Shown here in pieces: positions 1 through 11,400 of a stretch of 57,345 nucleotides of DNA. Below the pieces are notes generated by a model. The model saw only the letters and a list, made by a program, of their open reading frames with translations, made no database searches and was not told the DNA's origin. Every line of letters starts with the position of its first letter. Position 1 is the stretch's first letter. This stretch comes from Candidatus Eiseniibacteriota bacterium (lineage in GTDB: Bacteria; Eisenbacteria; RBG-16-71-46): contig JBGAML010000025.1 of the NCBI GenBank assembly GCA_044223005.1, forward strand, positions 1 to 57,345, written 5' to 3'. A program made the translations under genes and the position numbers.

Positions 1-1077
1 CGCGGCGGCCGCCGCGGGCGCGCTCGGCGCGGGCGCCCGGGTGGGCGCCGGCGTCGGCACGGGCGCAGGCGCCGGCGCGGCAGCGACGGGCTCCTCGTGC
101 GCGATCGGCGTCATCGCGCCGCGCACCAGGTCCGGCGGCATCCACGCGGGCGTGCCTTCCGCGGGCGCGTCCTCCTGTGACGCGGGCGCGGCGGGCGCGG
201 GCTCGGGTGCGCTCGCGGGCGGCATGGGCGCGGGGCCGTCGGGCAGCTTGGCGGGCGCGCCGAGCACGCTGCGGAAATCGCTCTCCAGCGCGATCGAGCG
301 CACATGATCGGGCGTCACGCCGGGGACGCCGTCGCCGAACGCGGCGATCATCGCCTGCGTCGCGACGGTGTTGATCTCGCGCGGGATGCCGTGCGTCACG
401 CGGTACACCTCGCGGCAGGCTTCGGGCGGGAACGCCTGCCACGGGTTGCCACCCGCGACGGCGATGCGATGGTGGATGTAGCCGGCGGTCTCCTCAGGCG
501 AGAGCGGGTTCAGCCGGTAGTGCACGGCGATGCGCTGGCGCAGCTGGCGCAGCGTCGGGTCGGCGAGCTTGGCTTCCAGTTCGGGCTGGCCGACCAGGAA
601 GATCTGCACGAGCCGCTCGCCCTGCGCTTCGAGGTTCGACAGCAGGCGGATCTCCTCGAGCAGCTCCGGCGCGAGGTTCTGCGCCTCGTCCATCAGCAGC
701 ACGGCGTGCTCGCCGCGCGAACGCACCGAGAGCAGGTGCCGCTCGAGCTGCGCGAGCGCCTGCGGCTTGGTGGTGCCGCTCGGCATGGGCATGCCGAAGC
801 GCAGCGCGATCTCCTCGAGCAGTTCCTGTCGCGTGAGCGCGGAGTTGGTCACCAGCGCGACGCTGACGCGCGGGCCCCACTCGGCGAGCGCGTCGTAGAG
901 CGCGGTCGTCTTGCCGGTGCCGACTTCGCCGGTGATCAGCACGAAGGGCTCGCGGTTCTCGATCCCGTAACGCAGGTGGGCGCGCGCTTCCTGATGCTCC
1001 CGGCTCGGGTACAGGAACTTCATCTGGTGACCCGAGTGGAAGGGATTTTCGCGCAGGCCGAAATGACGTTCGAACAT
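1..1077 (-). CDS. ExeA/GspA-like AAA ATPase (3' end truncated by window edge)
   Basis: Read manually because it is absent from the ORF track. ATG at 1077 gives MFERHFGLRENPF...LITGEVGTGKTT (Walker A), LLMDEAQNL (Walker B), LVGQPEL and GIPREIN, all typical of ExeA. A Pro/Ala-rich linker runs to the edge. A GGAAGG RBS lies upstream. Confidence 0.88.
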   Translation of the reverse strand, partial: MFERHFGLRENPFHSGHQMKFLYPSREHQEARAHLRYGIENREPFVLITGEVGTGKTTALYDALAEWGPRVSVALVTNSALTRQELLEEIALRFGMPMPSGTTKPQALAQLERHLLSVRSRGEHAVLLMDEAQNLAPELLEEIRLLSNLEAQGERLVQIFLVGQPELEAKLADPTLRQLRQRIAVHYRLNPLSPEETAGYIHHRIAVAGGNPWQAFPPEACREVYRVTHGIPREINTVATQAMIAAFGDGVPGVTPDHVRSIALESDFRSVLGAPAKLPDGPAPMPPASAPEPAPAAPASQEDAPAEGTPAWMPPDLVRGAMTPIAHEEPVAAAPAPAPVPTPAPTRAPAPSAPAAAAA

Positions 1078-1127
1078 CGGGCGCCTTCCAAAAGGAGGAC
1101 GACGGGACCGTGGGGTGTACCCGGGAG

Positions 1128-1155
1128 TTATCGGCGGGGGGGAGCCGCGTCTTGG
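1128..1155 (-). promoter_or_regulatory. sigma28/FliA-WhiG-like promoter (CCAAG-N15-GCCGATAA)
   Basis: Perfect GCCGATAA -10 element on the minus strand, about 50 nt upstream of the ExeA-like start. The same spacing occurs at three other sites in the window. Confidence 0.5.
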
Positions 1156-1201
1156 GCGTCGCGTCGGGGCGCGCCGAACCGGGCGCGCCCCTCGCGGAGC
1201 C

Positions 1202-1756
1202 TCACTTCTGCGCGGGGAGCAGGTCGCTGATGGTGAAGAGCGGCGTGAACGGATAGCCGCGCTGCTGGAAGATCTGTCCGGCGCCCTGCCCGCGGTCCAC
1301 GACCGCCAGCACGCGCACGACCTCGGCCTTGTAGCTCTCCGCGGACTCGGCGGCGATCAGCGAGCTCTCGCCGCTGGTGATCACGTCGTCGAGGATCGCG
1401 ACGCGCTTGTGACCGGCGAGGTTGCCCTCGACCTGGCCGCGCGTGCCGTGATCCTTGGGGCTCTTGCGCACGAGGAAACCCTCGAGCGGCTTGCCCTTTT
1501 CGTGGCTCCACCACATGACACCGGCTACGAGCGGGTCGGCACCCAGCGTCAGCCCGCCGATCGCCGTGACGTCGTCGGCCTCGAGCTGCTCCCAGAAGAG
1601 CTTCGAGATGAGCTTGAGCCCCTCGGGATGCAGGCTCGTCTTGCGGACGTCGATGTAGTAGCTGGAGTGCGCGCCGGAGCTCAGGACGAAATCGCCGAAG
1701 CGCATGGAACGGTCCAGCAGCATCTGGCGAAGTTGGTCGCGTTCGGACTGGGGCAT
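1202..1756 (-). CDS. pyrE: orotate phosphoribosyltransferase
   Basis: Starts MPQSERDQLR. Contains GDFVLSSG..SSYYID, IGGLTLGADP, VRKSPKDHGT and the PRPP-binding motif ILDDVITSGES. Confidence 0.95.
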   Translation of the reverse strand: MPQSERDQLRQMLLDRSMRFGDFVLSSGAHSSYYIDVRKTSLHPEGLKLISKLFWEQLEADDVTAIGGLTLGADPLVAGVMWWSHEKGKPLEGFLVRKSPKDHGTRGQVEGNLAGHKRVAILDDVITSGESSLIAAESAESYKAEVVRVLAVVDRGQGAGQIFQQRGYPFTPLFTISDLLPAQK

Positions 1757-1940
1757 GGCTTCCGTTCGGTGTGTGGGTCGAACCGGGCCGCGGGGGACGG
1801 CGGGGAACGCCCCGGAGTGTCGCCGGGGCGCTCCGGGGCCGTCAAGGCGAGCCCCGGGAGTGCGCGCCGGGCGTGCTACACTCGTGGGCGATCGCGACCG
1901 GGGGGTGCGTCTCCGCGCCCGTCCGTGTCGCGAAAATCGT

Positions 1941-4900
1941 ATGCGCGCACTGCTTCTGCTCTTCGCGTTGACGCTCGCCGCGGCGCCCTCGGGCGCGGCG
2001 GTGCCGTCGCTGCCCGTGCACCGGCCGGGGAGCGCCACGCCCGCGCCGTGCTGGGCGGGCGACGTGCTCGAGCTGCGTCTCGCGCCCTCCGCGGCGCGCG
2101 CGGTACAGCCGTTCGGCGCGGCGCGCACGCACGCCGGACGCGTCGCGCGCTTGGGCGTCGCGGCGCTCGACGCGGCGGCGGTGTCGCTCGGCGCGACGTT
2201 CGAGCCGGCGTTCGTCGGCGAGGCGCCGCCCGAGCCGGGATCGGGGGCGACCGACTTCACGGCGTTCCAGGTCGTGCACCTGCCGCCGACCACCCGGCTC
2301 GAGGACGCGCTCGCGCGCTTCCGCGCGCTGCCCGAGGTGCTCTCGGCGACGCCGATTGCCGAACTGCCGATGGCGTCGCTGCCGAACGACTCGCTGCTCT
2401 CGTTCGAGTACTGGCTCTACCAGCGTTCGCTCCCGCGCCACGACATCGGCGCGCCGGAAGCGTGGGACGTCGAGCCGGGCGACACCTCGATCGTGATCGC
2501 GATCCTCGATTCGGGCGTGCTGCCGTATCACCCCGACCTCGCGGGCACGCTGCCCGGCCGGCACGGCAACCTGTGGGTGAACGCCGCGGAAGCGGACGGG
2601 CTGCCGGGCGTGGACGACGACGGCAACGGCTTCGTCGACGACGTCTGGGGCTGGGACTTCGTCGCGCTGAACGTGGTCGACACGCTGCACGCCGACGACC
2701 TGAACGACGCCGACGCCGATCCCAACGACTACGCGGGCCACGGCACCATGGTGGCCGGCATCACGGGTGCGATCGCGAACAACGGCAGCGGCATCGCGGG
2801 CACGGTGCCGAACGTGCGGCTGATGGCGGTGCGCATGGGCTGGGTGCCGCCGTTCGGCGTGCGGCCCGAATCACGCATCCGGCTCGACTTCGCGGCGGGC
2901 GCGATCCGCTACGCGACGCGCATGGGCGCGCGCGTCATCAACTGCTCGTGGACGGCGCTGTCCGATCCGGCACTCGACGCGGCGCTCGACGACGCGACGC
3001 GCGCGGGCGTGATCCTCGTCGCGGCCTCGGGCAACTCGGGCGGCGCGACGCACCTGGGTGAACGCGCCGACGTGATCTCGGTGGCGGCGACGGATTCGCT
3101 CGACCAGTACCAGGACTTCGACATCACGGGCCCGTGGCTGGACCTCGCGGCGGGCGGTACCGAGGTGACGACGACCTACCTGCAGGGCGCGGGGCCGGAC
3201 AGCCTGCAGGCGCGCCAGCCGGCGTACGTGACGGGCTTCTCGGGCACGTCGTTCGCCTCGCCGGTGGTGGCGGGCGCGGCGGCGCTGCTGCAGGCGCAGC
3301 GGCTGCACGCGGGCCGCGATCCGCTCACGCCGCTCGGCATGCTGTTGCGGCTGCGCGAGACGGCGGTCGACGTGCGCGCGCTCAACACGCGCTTCACCGA
3401 CGTGGCGCCGCGGCTCGACCTGTTTCGCGCGCTCACGGCGCGGACGATGTCGACCGCGGTGCGCACGAGTTCGTCGTCGGTCGGGCCGCCGGTGTCGCTG
3501 CGCTACAACACGGGCCGCACGCTCGTCGTGATCGCGACCAACGACCAGCACCTCGTCGCCTTCGACGGCGCGACGGCGGACACGGCATGGGTGGCGACGC
3601 TGCCGGGAGTGCCGGCGGGCAACCTCGCGGGTGCGCGCCTCGGCGCAGGGCGGCCGGTCGGGCTCTTCGTGGGCACCACGAAGGGGCAGGTGGCGGGCTT
3701 CGACGACGCGGGGCACCCACTGCCGGGCTGGCCGGTCACGGGGCTCGGCGCGACCAACGTGATGGCGGGCGGTGTGGCGCTGGGTGACCTGGACGGCGAT
3801 GGCGTGCTCGACGTGGTCGCGATGGGGGGCAACGGCCGCGTGTGGGCGTGGCGGACCGACGGCACGAAGTTCGCGGGCTTCCCGTTCGCGACGGGCACGA
3901 TCGGCGCGAGCGCGCCGGCGCTCGCCGACGTCGACGGCGTGCCGGGCGACGAGATCCTCTGCGTGGACGGCCTGGGCGTACTGCACGCGGTGGACTTTCA
4001 TGCGCAGGAACTCTGGCAGTACGCGTCGGCGGGCAACGCGGCGCCACCGGTGGTGACGCGGCTCGGGGGACCACACGCGCCGCTCGCGATCTTCCTCGCG
4101 GACCCGACGCAGGTCGCGGCGCTCGATTCCACGGGCTCACCCGGGTGGACGACGCCGATCACCACCAACACGATCGCCGAGCCGGCGCCCGCCGACATCG
4201 ACGGCGACGGCGCCGACGAACTCGTGCTCGCGTTCGACGCGCCGACGCGCCTCGCGCGCATCGACAGTTCGGGCGCGGTCGTGAACGCGCGCGGCTGGCC
4301 GTTCGTCACCGGTGTCGATCCGGCGGGGCCGCTCGTGCTCGGGCCGCTTTCGGCGGGACACGGCGTCTGCCCGGGGTTCGCGTCGCCGCTGGGGTTCGTC
4401 GCGTTCGACGACAGCGGCCACGTGGTGCCGGCGTTCCCGAAGACGATGGTGCCGGGGACGGTGTGGCCGGCGCTCGCCGACGTGCGCGGCGACGGCGCGA
4501 CGCAGGTGGTGGTGGGCGCGGGCGCCGACAGCAACGCCTGCATGCTCGACGCGGGCGCAGGCACCTGGAACGCGGCATTCGCGGCGTGGCCCACGCCCCG
4601 CGGCAACGCGGCGCGTACCGGCAGCCGGATCGATGCGGGCGGGCCGGCGGTGATCGACCGCATGCGGCCGGCGGCGGTGACGGACCTCGCGGGCGTCGCG
4701 CTCGGCACGACGAGCGTGCGGCTCACGTGGACGGCCACGGGCGACGACAGCCTGGTGGGCCGCGCGAGCCGCGTGGAACTGCGCGTCTCGACGGCACCGA
4801 TCACGCCGCTCGACTTCGCCACCGCCACGCTCGTGCCGACGCCGGCGCCGGATTCCGCCGGGACGCTGGATACGCTGGTGGTCGGTGGCTTCGCGGAGGG

Positions 4901-5612
4901 CTCGCTCCACTACTTCGCACTGATCGCGTTCGACGACGAGGGCCAGCCGAGCGCACTCGGCGACGTGGCCGCCGTGAGCACGACCGTCACGGTGCCGGGC
5001 GGCGTCGCCGACCTGCGCGTGACGGCATTCGCGGACACGGTCGCCGCGCTCGCGTGGACGGCGACCGGCGACGACGGCGCCACCGGGCGGCCGGCGTCGT
5101 ACGAGATCGCGGCCGATCTGGCGCCGCTCGACAGCGCGCGCTTCGAGTCCGCCACGGTGCGCGCGACGATCCCGGCGCACGTGGACGCGGGGAATGCGGA
5201 GCAGGGCAGCGTGCCGGGGCTTTCGCGCGGGCAGCGCTGGTACTTCGCGCTGCGGCCCATCGATCACACCGGCGCACGCGGACCGCTCTCCAACGTGGCG
5301 CAGGGCGTGGTGCCGACGGGCGGCGCGCTGCGCGGGCGCACCGGTGTCGCGGTGGCGCCGCGGCAGCGGCCGTCGGGCGCGCCGCTCGCGATCGACTGGC
5401 AGGGCGCGGGCGAGGGCGGTCCGCAGTCGCTCGCGTTCGTCGACCTCGCGGGCCGCGTCGTGCGCCGCGTGCCGCTCGATGCGCGGCCCGGCGGCAGCTG
5501 GACATGGGACGGCCGGGACGGAGACGGTCGTCTCCTCCCGGCCGGTGTCTACGTCGTGCGGCTCGCCAGTGGCGGCCGTCACGCCGACGCGCGCGTCGTG
5601 CTCCTCCGTTAG
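1941..5612 (+). CDS. secreted S8 (subtilisin-like) serine peptidase with FG-GAP repeats, two FN3-like domains and FlgD-Ig/T9SS-type C-terminal domain
   Basis: Signal peptide MRALLLLFALTLAAAP. Catalytic motifs ILDSG, GHGTMVAG, AASGN and GTSFASP. DLDGDG-type repeats and WTATGDD FN3 repeats. C-terminus WDGRDGDGRLLPAGVYVVRL...RVVLLR. Confidence 0.9.
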   Translation: MRALLLLFALTLAAAPSGAAVPSLPVHRPGSATPAPCWAGDVLELRLAPSAARAVQPFGAARTHAGRVARLGVAALDAAAVSLGATFEPAFVGEAPPEPGSGATDFTAFQVVHLPPTTRLEDALARFRALPEVLSATPIAELPMASLPNDSLLSFEYWLYQRSLPRHDIGAPEAWDVEPGDTSIVIAILDSGVLPYHPDLAGTLPGRHGNLWVNAAEADGLPGVDDDGNGFVDDVWGWDFVALNVVDTLHADDLNDADADPNDYAGHGTMVAGITGAIANNGSGIAGTVPNVRLMAVRMGWVPPFGVRPESRIRLDFAAGAIRYATRMGARVINCSWTALSDPALDAALDDATRAGVILVAASGNSGGATHLGERADVISVAATDSLDQYQDFDITGPWLDLAAGGTEVTTTYLQGAGPDSLQARQPAYVTGFSGTSFASPVVAGAAALLQAQRLHAGRDPLTPLGMLLRLRETAVDVRALNTRFTDVAPRLDLFRALTARTMSTAVRTSSSSVGPPVSLRYNTGRTLVVIATNDQHLVAFDGATADTAWVATLPGVPAGNLAGARLGAGRPVGLFVGTTKGQVAGFDDAGHPLPGWPVTGLGATNVMAGGVALGDLDGDGVLDVVAMGGNGRVWAWRTDGTKFAGFPFATGTIGASAPALADVDGVPGDEILCVDGLGVLHAVDFHAQELWQYASAGNAAPPVVTRLGGPHAPLAIFLADPTQVAALDSTGSPGWTTPITTNTIAEPAPADIDGDGADELVLAFDAPTRLARIDSSGAVVNARGWPFVTGVDPAGPLVLGPLSAGHGVCPGFASPLGFVAFDDSGHVVPAFPKTMVPGTVWPALADVRGDGATQVVVGAGADSNACMLDAGAGTWNAAFAAWPTPRGNAARTGSRIDAGGPAVIDRMRPAAVTDLAGVALGTTSVRLTWTATGDDSLVGRASRVELRVSTAPITPLDFATATLVPTPAPDSAGTLDTLVVGGFAEGSLHYFALIAFDDEGQPSALGDVAAVSTTVTVPGGVADLRVTAFADTVAALAWTATGDDGATGRPASYEIAADLAPLDSARFESATVRATIPAHVDAGNAEQGSVPGLSRGQRWYFALRPIDHTGARGPLSNVAQGVVPTGGALRGRTGVAVAPRQRPSGAPLAIDWQGAGEGGPQSLAFVDLAGRVVRRVPLDARPGGSWTWDGRDGDGRLLPAGVYVVRLASGGRHADARVVLLR

Positions 5613-5643
5613 CGGACGCGCGCGCCGGGGGACGTGCGAATCG

Positions 5644-6117
5644 TCAGCGCGTGCGCGCCGCGTGCGGATCGGCGTCGTCGCCGGCGGTCGGCGACTGCTG
5701 CGACGTCGCGTGACGCGTGACCTGGACGGCGGCCGAGAACGGGCTGGTGTTGCCCGCGGCATCCTTGGCGCGGACGCGGTAGTAGAACGCGCCGGCGTCG
5801 GGCGTGCCCGGCAGCGCGATCGAGCTGGCCGCGGCGGGCGCGGAGCAGAGCGCGACACCCGTCGCACCGGTCACCGGGAAGGCGTTGTACTGGTAGATCT
5901 CGTACGACGAGACGTCGGCGGACGAGCTGGGGGTCCACGTGAGATAGTCGACCTGCAGGTTCGCGTCGTACGAGCTGCCGATGTTGGACGGCGCCGCGGG
6001 CGGCGTGCTGTCGAGCGCGTCGGGCGCGGTCGACGACGAGGACTTGCCACAGCTCGCGAGCAGGACGATCGCCGCGCTGAAGATCAGCGTGGTCCACAGG
6101 GTGCGACGGGGATTCAC
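5644..6117 (-). CDS. lipoprotein with FN3-like domain
   Basis: GTG start after AAGGAGG. Lipobox LLASC. FN3-like motifs LTWTPSSSADVSSYEIY and YYRVRAKDAAGNTSPFS. Confidence 0.75.
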   Translation of the reverse strand: MNPRRTLWTTLIFSAAIVLLASCGKSSSSTAPDALDSTPPAAPSNIGSSYDANLQVDYLTWTPSSSADVSSYEIYQYNAFPVTGATGVALCSAPAAASSIALPGTPDAGAFYYRVRAKDAAGNTSPFSAAVQVTRHATSQQSPTAGDDADPHAARTR

Positions 6118-6332
6118 GGATGGCCTCCTTGAGAGAGCACGTCGGGACTGCACGTGGGGGAGCAGCCGGCCGGTCGGCCGGTACGGAACCGGGGCCGGGC
6201 ATCGCAACCGCGGTGCCACGTGCAGCCGGTCTCCGGGGGTGGTCGCGGAGTTCCGCGCTGGCAGTCACTTGGGTGGGGCGTTCCGCCCGCTCGCTCCGGC
6301 GCGCCGTCGCGTGCGCGTGCGCGCCGCAACGG

Positions 6333-8339
6333 ATGCGCGCGATCCTCGTTGCAAGCTGCGTGGCCGCGGCGGTCGGGACAGCCGAGTCGCCGCTTTTCGC
6401 GCGGGCGGCGGATGCGCCGGCTCCCCCAGTCCTCGCGCCACCGTTGCGATCGGCCCCGCTCGCGACGCTGCGGGTGACGGGCGGCTTCGCCGAGTTGCGC
6501 CAGACGCATTTCCACGCGGGCTTCGACCTGTCGACGGGTGGTCACGTGGGCGATCCGGTGTACGCCTCGCTCGACGGCACGATCGAACGCGTGCGCACCT
6601 CGGGCGTGGGTTACGGCCGCGCGCTCTACCTGCGTGGCGACGACGGACGGCTGCTCGTCTACGGGCACCTCGACGCGTTCGCCGAGCCGCTGGCGTCGTA
6701 CGTCGACGCGGCGCAGCGCGCGAATGGGCAGTACGACCAGGACCTCGCACCGGCGGCGGGCCGTTTCCGCGTGCGCGCGGGCGACCTCGTCGCGTGGAGC
6801 GGCGAGAGCGGCACCAACGAGCCGCACCTGCACTACGAGATCCGCCACGGCGACTTCGCGCTCGATCCCGCGCTCGCGGGACTGGACGTGGCGCCGACGC
6901 TGGCGCCGCGGATCGAGTCGGTCGTGCTGGAGCCGCTCGACGAGCGCGCGTGGATCGAGCGCGTCGCCGCGCCGCACGCGGCGGCGGCGGGCGAGACGCT
7001 GTGCGTCGAGGGCCGCGTGCGTGCGATCGTGCGCACGCGCGAGGGCTGGGCCGCCTCGAGCGGGACGCCGGCGCGCGTGATCGCGGTCGAATGGAACGGG
7101 CAGCGGCTCGCGTCGTGTCGCGACTCGATCTCGTGGGCGGGTGAGATGAGCGAGGTGGACCAGGTCGTCGATCGCGGACGCGTGACGGGCAGCAAGGGCG
7201 ACATCCTCTGGCATCCACCGGGCGTGTCCGTGCGCTTCTTCGCGGGCGCGCCGGGCGACTGGGACGGCGCGATCGCCGTCGCGCCGGGAGCGCCGCCGCA
7301 GCCGCTCCGGCTGGTGGCCGAGAGCGCGAACGGTACGAGCGCCGAGCGCGTGGTGTGGCTGCGCGGCCCGCGTCCGCGCGAGGCGGGCCCGGACACGCTC
7401 GCGCGTGCACCGCGCGGCGGCGCCGCGCCCGCATGGACGTTCGCGGCGCTGCCGCAGGCGCGCGTGCGCGTGCGGCTCGCGGGAACGCCTGCCGGGCTCG
7501 CGCGCGTGCGGATCGCGTGCGGCGAGGCGGGCGCGGGCGAACGAGCGGCGTGGGACGGGGCGGCGTGGGTCGCGATCGTGGCGCCTGCGGCGCTGCCGGC
7601 GCAGGGCTGGCGCGCGAGTGGCGTACTCGAGGGCGGCGCACCGTGGAGCGCGACGCTCGAGGCGACGACGCTGCCCGCGGGCGAGGACCAGCTGCTCCAG
7701 CCGGCAGAGTTCGCGCAGCTCTCGCTGCCGGCGGCGGTGGTGTTCGAGCGCGGCGCGGTGATCGCGCGGATCGAGCACGCGCCGGATGCGAGTGCCCAGG
7801 GGCTCGTGTCGCTGGGCCCTGCGCTCGAGGTGACGCCGTATCGCTTTCCGCTGCGGCGCGGCGCGCCGATCGCGTTCCGCGATCCCGGCAACCTGCCGGC
7901 GGGCGTCGATGTCTATCGCCGCGATCCCGCGGGCGGCGACTGGGAGCCGCTGCGCGCGAAGCGCGACGCGGCCGCGCACCTGCTGCGCGCCGAGACGAGC
8001 CGGCTCGGCGAGTTCGCGCTGCTGCGCGACGCGGTGCCGCCCATCGTGCGGCTGCTGCCGGCCCCGGCGCGCGCGGGCACGGGCAGCCCGTACTCGCGCT
8101 GGCAGCTGGTCGCGGTCGTGAGCGAGCGCGGCAGCGGTGTCGATGCGTCCGCGAGCGCGTTCGAGATCGACGGCGTACGCGTGCCGAGCGAGTGGGACGA
8201 CGCGCGCGGACAGTTGCGCTGGCGTCCGTTGCACGCGCCGAAGCCGGGTGCGCACACGGTGCGCGTCCGCGTGGTGGATCGGGCGGGTCTCGCGACGGAG
8301 AAGTCGGGACGCTTTGTGCTAGAGTCCGCGCGACGCTGA
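6333..8339 (+). CDS. M23 family metallopeptidase with C-terminal Ig-like domain
   Basis: HxxxD (HAGFD), YGHLD and HxH (PHLHYEIR) motifs. Start codon uncertain. Confidence 0.8.
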   Translation: MRAILVASCVAAAVGTAESPLFARAADAPAPPVLAPPLRSAPLATLRVTGGFAELRQTHFHAGFDLSTGGHVGDPVYASLDGTIERVRTSGVGYGRALYLRGDDGRLLVYGHLDAFAEPLASYVDAAQRANGQYDQDLAPAAGRFRVRAGDLVAWSGESGTNEPHLHYEIRHGDFALDPALAGLDVAPTLAPRIESVVLEPLDERAWIERVAAPHAAAAGETLCVEGRVRAIVRTREGWAASSGTPARVIAVEWNGQRLASCRDSISWAGEMSEVDQVVDRGRVTGSKGDILWHPPGVSVRFFAGAPGDWDGAIAVAPGAPPQPLRLVAESANGTSAERVVWLRGPRPREAGPDTLARAPRGGAAPAWTFAALPQARVRVRLAGTPAGLARVRIACGEAGAGERAAWDGAAWVAIVAPAALPAQGWRASGVLEGGAPWSATLEATTLPAGEDQLLQPAEFAQLSLPAAVVFERGAVIARIEHAPDASAQGLVSLGPALEVTPYRFPLRRGAPIAFRDPGNLPAGVDVYRRDPAGGDWEPLRAKRDAAAHLLRAETSRLGEFALLRDAVPPIVRLLPAPARAGTGSPYSRWQLVAVVSERGSGVDASASAFEIDGVRVPSEWDDARGQLRWRPLHAPKPGAHTVRVRVVDRAGLATEKSGRFVLESARR

Positions 8340-8437
8340 ACGCCCTCCCGAGCGGCCTGGCCGCGGCCTCCCGCGCGCCGGGGGAGTGGTGACCTCACGG
8401 ACGTCCATCCCCGGATGACACCCACGCAGGACGCGCC

Positions 8438-11400
8438 ATGAAGCACTCCGACTTCGTCCATCTCCACAACCACAGCGACTATTCGCTCCTGGACGGCGCG
8501 ACGCCGATCCCGGCCATGGTCAAGCGTGCCGCCGAGCTGCAGATGCCGGCGCTGGCGCTCACCGACCACGGCGCCATGTTCGGCGCGGTCGAGTTCTACC
8601 AGGAGGCGCGCAAGGCGGGCGTGAAGCCGCTGGTGGGCATGGAGGCGTACGTCACGCGCGGGGCGCGTACGGACCGCAACCCCAAGGACACGGCGCACCA
8701 CCTGGTGCTGCTCGCGCGCGACGAGACGGGCTTCCGCAATCTCATGCGGCTCTCGTCGCTCGCGTACCTGGAAGGCTTCTACTACAAGCCGCGCGTCGAC
8801 CACGAGATCCTTTCCAAGTACTCGGCGGGCCTGCTGGCGCTGTCGGCGTGCCCCAAGGGCGAGATCGCCGACGACCTGCTCGCGGACCGCGACGACGCGG
8901 CGCTCGCGACGGCGATGATGTACCGCGACATGTTCGGCGCGGACAACTACTTCCTCGAGATCCAGAACCACGGGCTCGACATCGAGGTCAAGATCCGCGA
9001 GAAGGTGAAGGCGCTCGCGGCGAAGACGGGGCTGCCGCTGGTCGCGACCAACGACTGTCACTACCTCGGCAAGGACCACACCGAGGCGCAAGACGTCCTG
9101 ATCTGCATCCAGACGGGCAAGACGGTGGACGAAGCGCAGCGCATGCGCGCGGTCTCCGAGCTGCACTTCCGTTCGCCCGACGAAATGAAGCACGCGTTCC
9201 CGGACGACCCGCAGGCGCTGCTCAACACGCTGGCGGTCGCGGAGCGCTGCAACCTGCAGATGGGCTTCGGCAAGCCGCTGCTGCCCGAGTTCCCGCTGCC
9301 CGAGGGCTGGCGCGACGCGGACGAGTACTTCCGCGACCTCGCGTGGAAGGAACTGCACGCGCGCATGGGCGCCGGCGTCGGTGACGGCGTGAAGCAGCGC
9401 TTCGCCTACGAGCTCGACGTGATCTGCAAGATGGGCTTCGCGTCGTACTTCCTGATCGTGCGCGACTTCATCTTCTTCGCCAAGAGCAACGGCATCGGCG
9501 TGGGCCCGGGCCGTGGCTCGGTCGCCGGGTCGCTGGTGGCGTACGCGCTGCGCATCACGGACGTGAACCCGCTGCAGCACGACCTCATCTTCGAGCGGTT
9601 CCTGAATCCCGAACGCGTCACGATGCCGGATATCGACATCGACTTCGACGATCTCCGCCGCGGCGAGGTCATCGAGTACGTGAAGCGCAAGTACGGCGAG
9701 ACCAACGTCACGCAGATCATCACGTTCGGCACCATGGGCGCCAAGGGCGTGGTGCGCGACGTGGGCCGCGCGCTGGGCTTCCCGGTGGCCGAGATCGACC
9801 GGATCGCCAAGCTGGTGCCGGATGGGCTCGGGATGACGCTCGACAAGGCGCTCGACCAGACGCCCGATCTCAAGTCGCTGCCCGAGAAGGGCCCGCAGTA
9901 CGCCAAGTGGCTCAAGTCCGCGCGCGTGCTCGAGGGCCTCGCGCGCCACGCGTCGACGCACGCGGCCGGCGTGCTGATCACGCCGGGGCCGCTGCTCGAC
10001 TACGTGCCGCTCTATCGCCAGAAGGACGGCTCGACCACCACGCAGTGGGACATGAAGTCGGTCGAGAAGTCGGGCCTGCTCAAGATGGACTTCCTCGGCC
10101 TGCGCACGCTGAGCGTGCTGGACGAGGGCGTGCGGCTGGTCCGCCAGACGCACGGCGTCGAGATCGACTGGCAGGCGCTGACGCTCGACGATCCGGCGGC
10201 CTACAAGGTGTTCCAGGACGGCGACACCGTGGCGGTGTTCCAGTTCGAGTCCACGGGCATGCGCGACTACATGAAGAAGCTCAAGCCCACGGTCTTCGAG
10301 GACCTGGTCGCCATGAACGCGCTCTACCGCCCGGGCCCGATGGAGAACATTCCGTACTTCATCGACTGCAAGCACGGCCGGCAGGTCGCCAAGTACGACC
10401 ATCCCAAGCTCGAGCCGATCCTCAAGGGCACCTACGGCGTCTTCGTGTACCAGGAACAGGTCATGGCCTCGGCGCACGACCTGGCGGGCTTCTCGATGGC
10501 ACAGGCCGACGAGCTGCGCCGCGCGATGGGCAAGAAAAACGTCGAGGAGATGGCCAAGAAGCGCGCCCAGTTCACCGAAGGGTGCGCCAAGGCGTCGAAG
10601 ATCCCCGAGAAGGTCGCGGACAAGATCTTCACCACCATGGAGAAGTTCGCCGGGTACGGCTTCAACAAGAGCCACTCGGCGGCGTACGCGCTGGTCGCCT
10701 ACCAGTGCGCGTGGCTCAAGGCGCACTACCCGGCCGAGTTCATGGCCGCGACGATGACGTCGGAAATGAGCGACTCGAGCCGCATCCTGACGCTCATCGA
10801 GGAATGCCGCCGGCTCAAGATCGAACTGCGCGCGCCCGACGTGAACCACTCCGAGTGGCGCTTCACGATCGAGGACGGCGCGATCCGCGTGGGGCTGGGC
10901 GCGGTGCGCAACGTGGGCCAGGGCGCGGTCGAGGCGATCCTGCGCGCCCGCCAGGCGGGCGGCGCGTTCACGGATCTCTACGATCTCGCGGCGCGCCCCG
11001 ATGCCGGCTCGCTCAACCGGCGCGTGGTCGAGAGCCTCGTGCAGGCCGGCGCGTGCGACGCGCTCGGACCGTCGCGCGCGGCGCTCCATGCGGGCGCGGC
11101 GACGGCGCTCGACCACGCGGCCGCGGTGCATCGCGAGAAGGCGAGCGGCCAGTCGAGCCTGTTCGGCGGCGGCGGTGACGACGCGGGTTCGGTCGCGGTG
11201 CACGCGGCGCCGTTGCCGGCGATCCCCGAGTGGACGAGCCGCGAGAAGGGCGCCAAGGAGAAGGAGGTGCTCGGCTTCTACTTCGGCGAGCACCCGCTCG
11301 AGCACCTGCGCGCCGACATCGAGCGCATCGCGACGCACGGGATCGCGCAGGCGATCGAGGCGGGCCACGACACCGAGGTGCGCGTGGTCGCGATCGTGGG

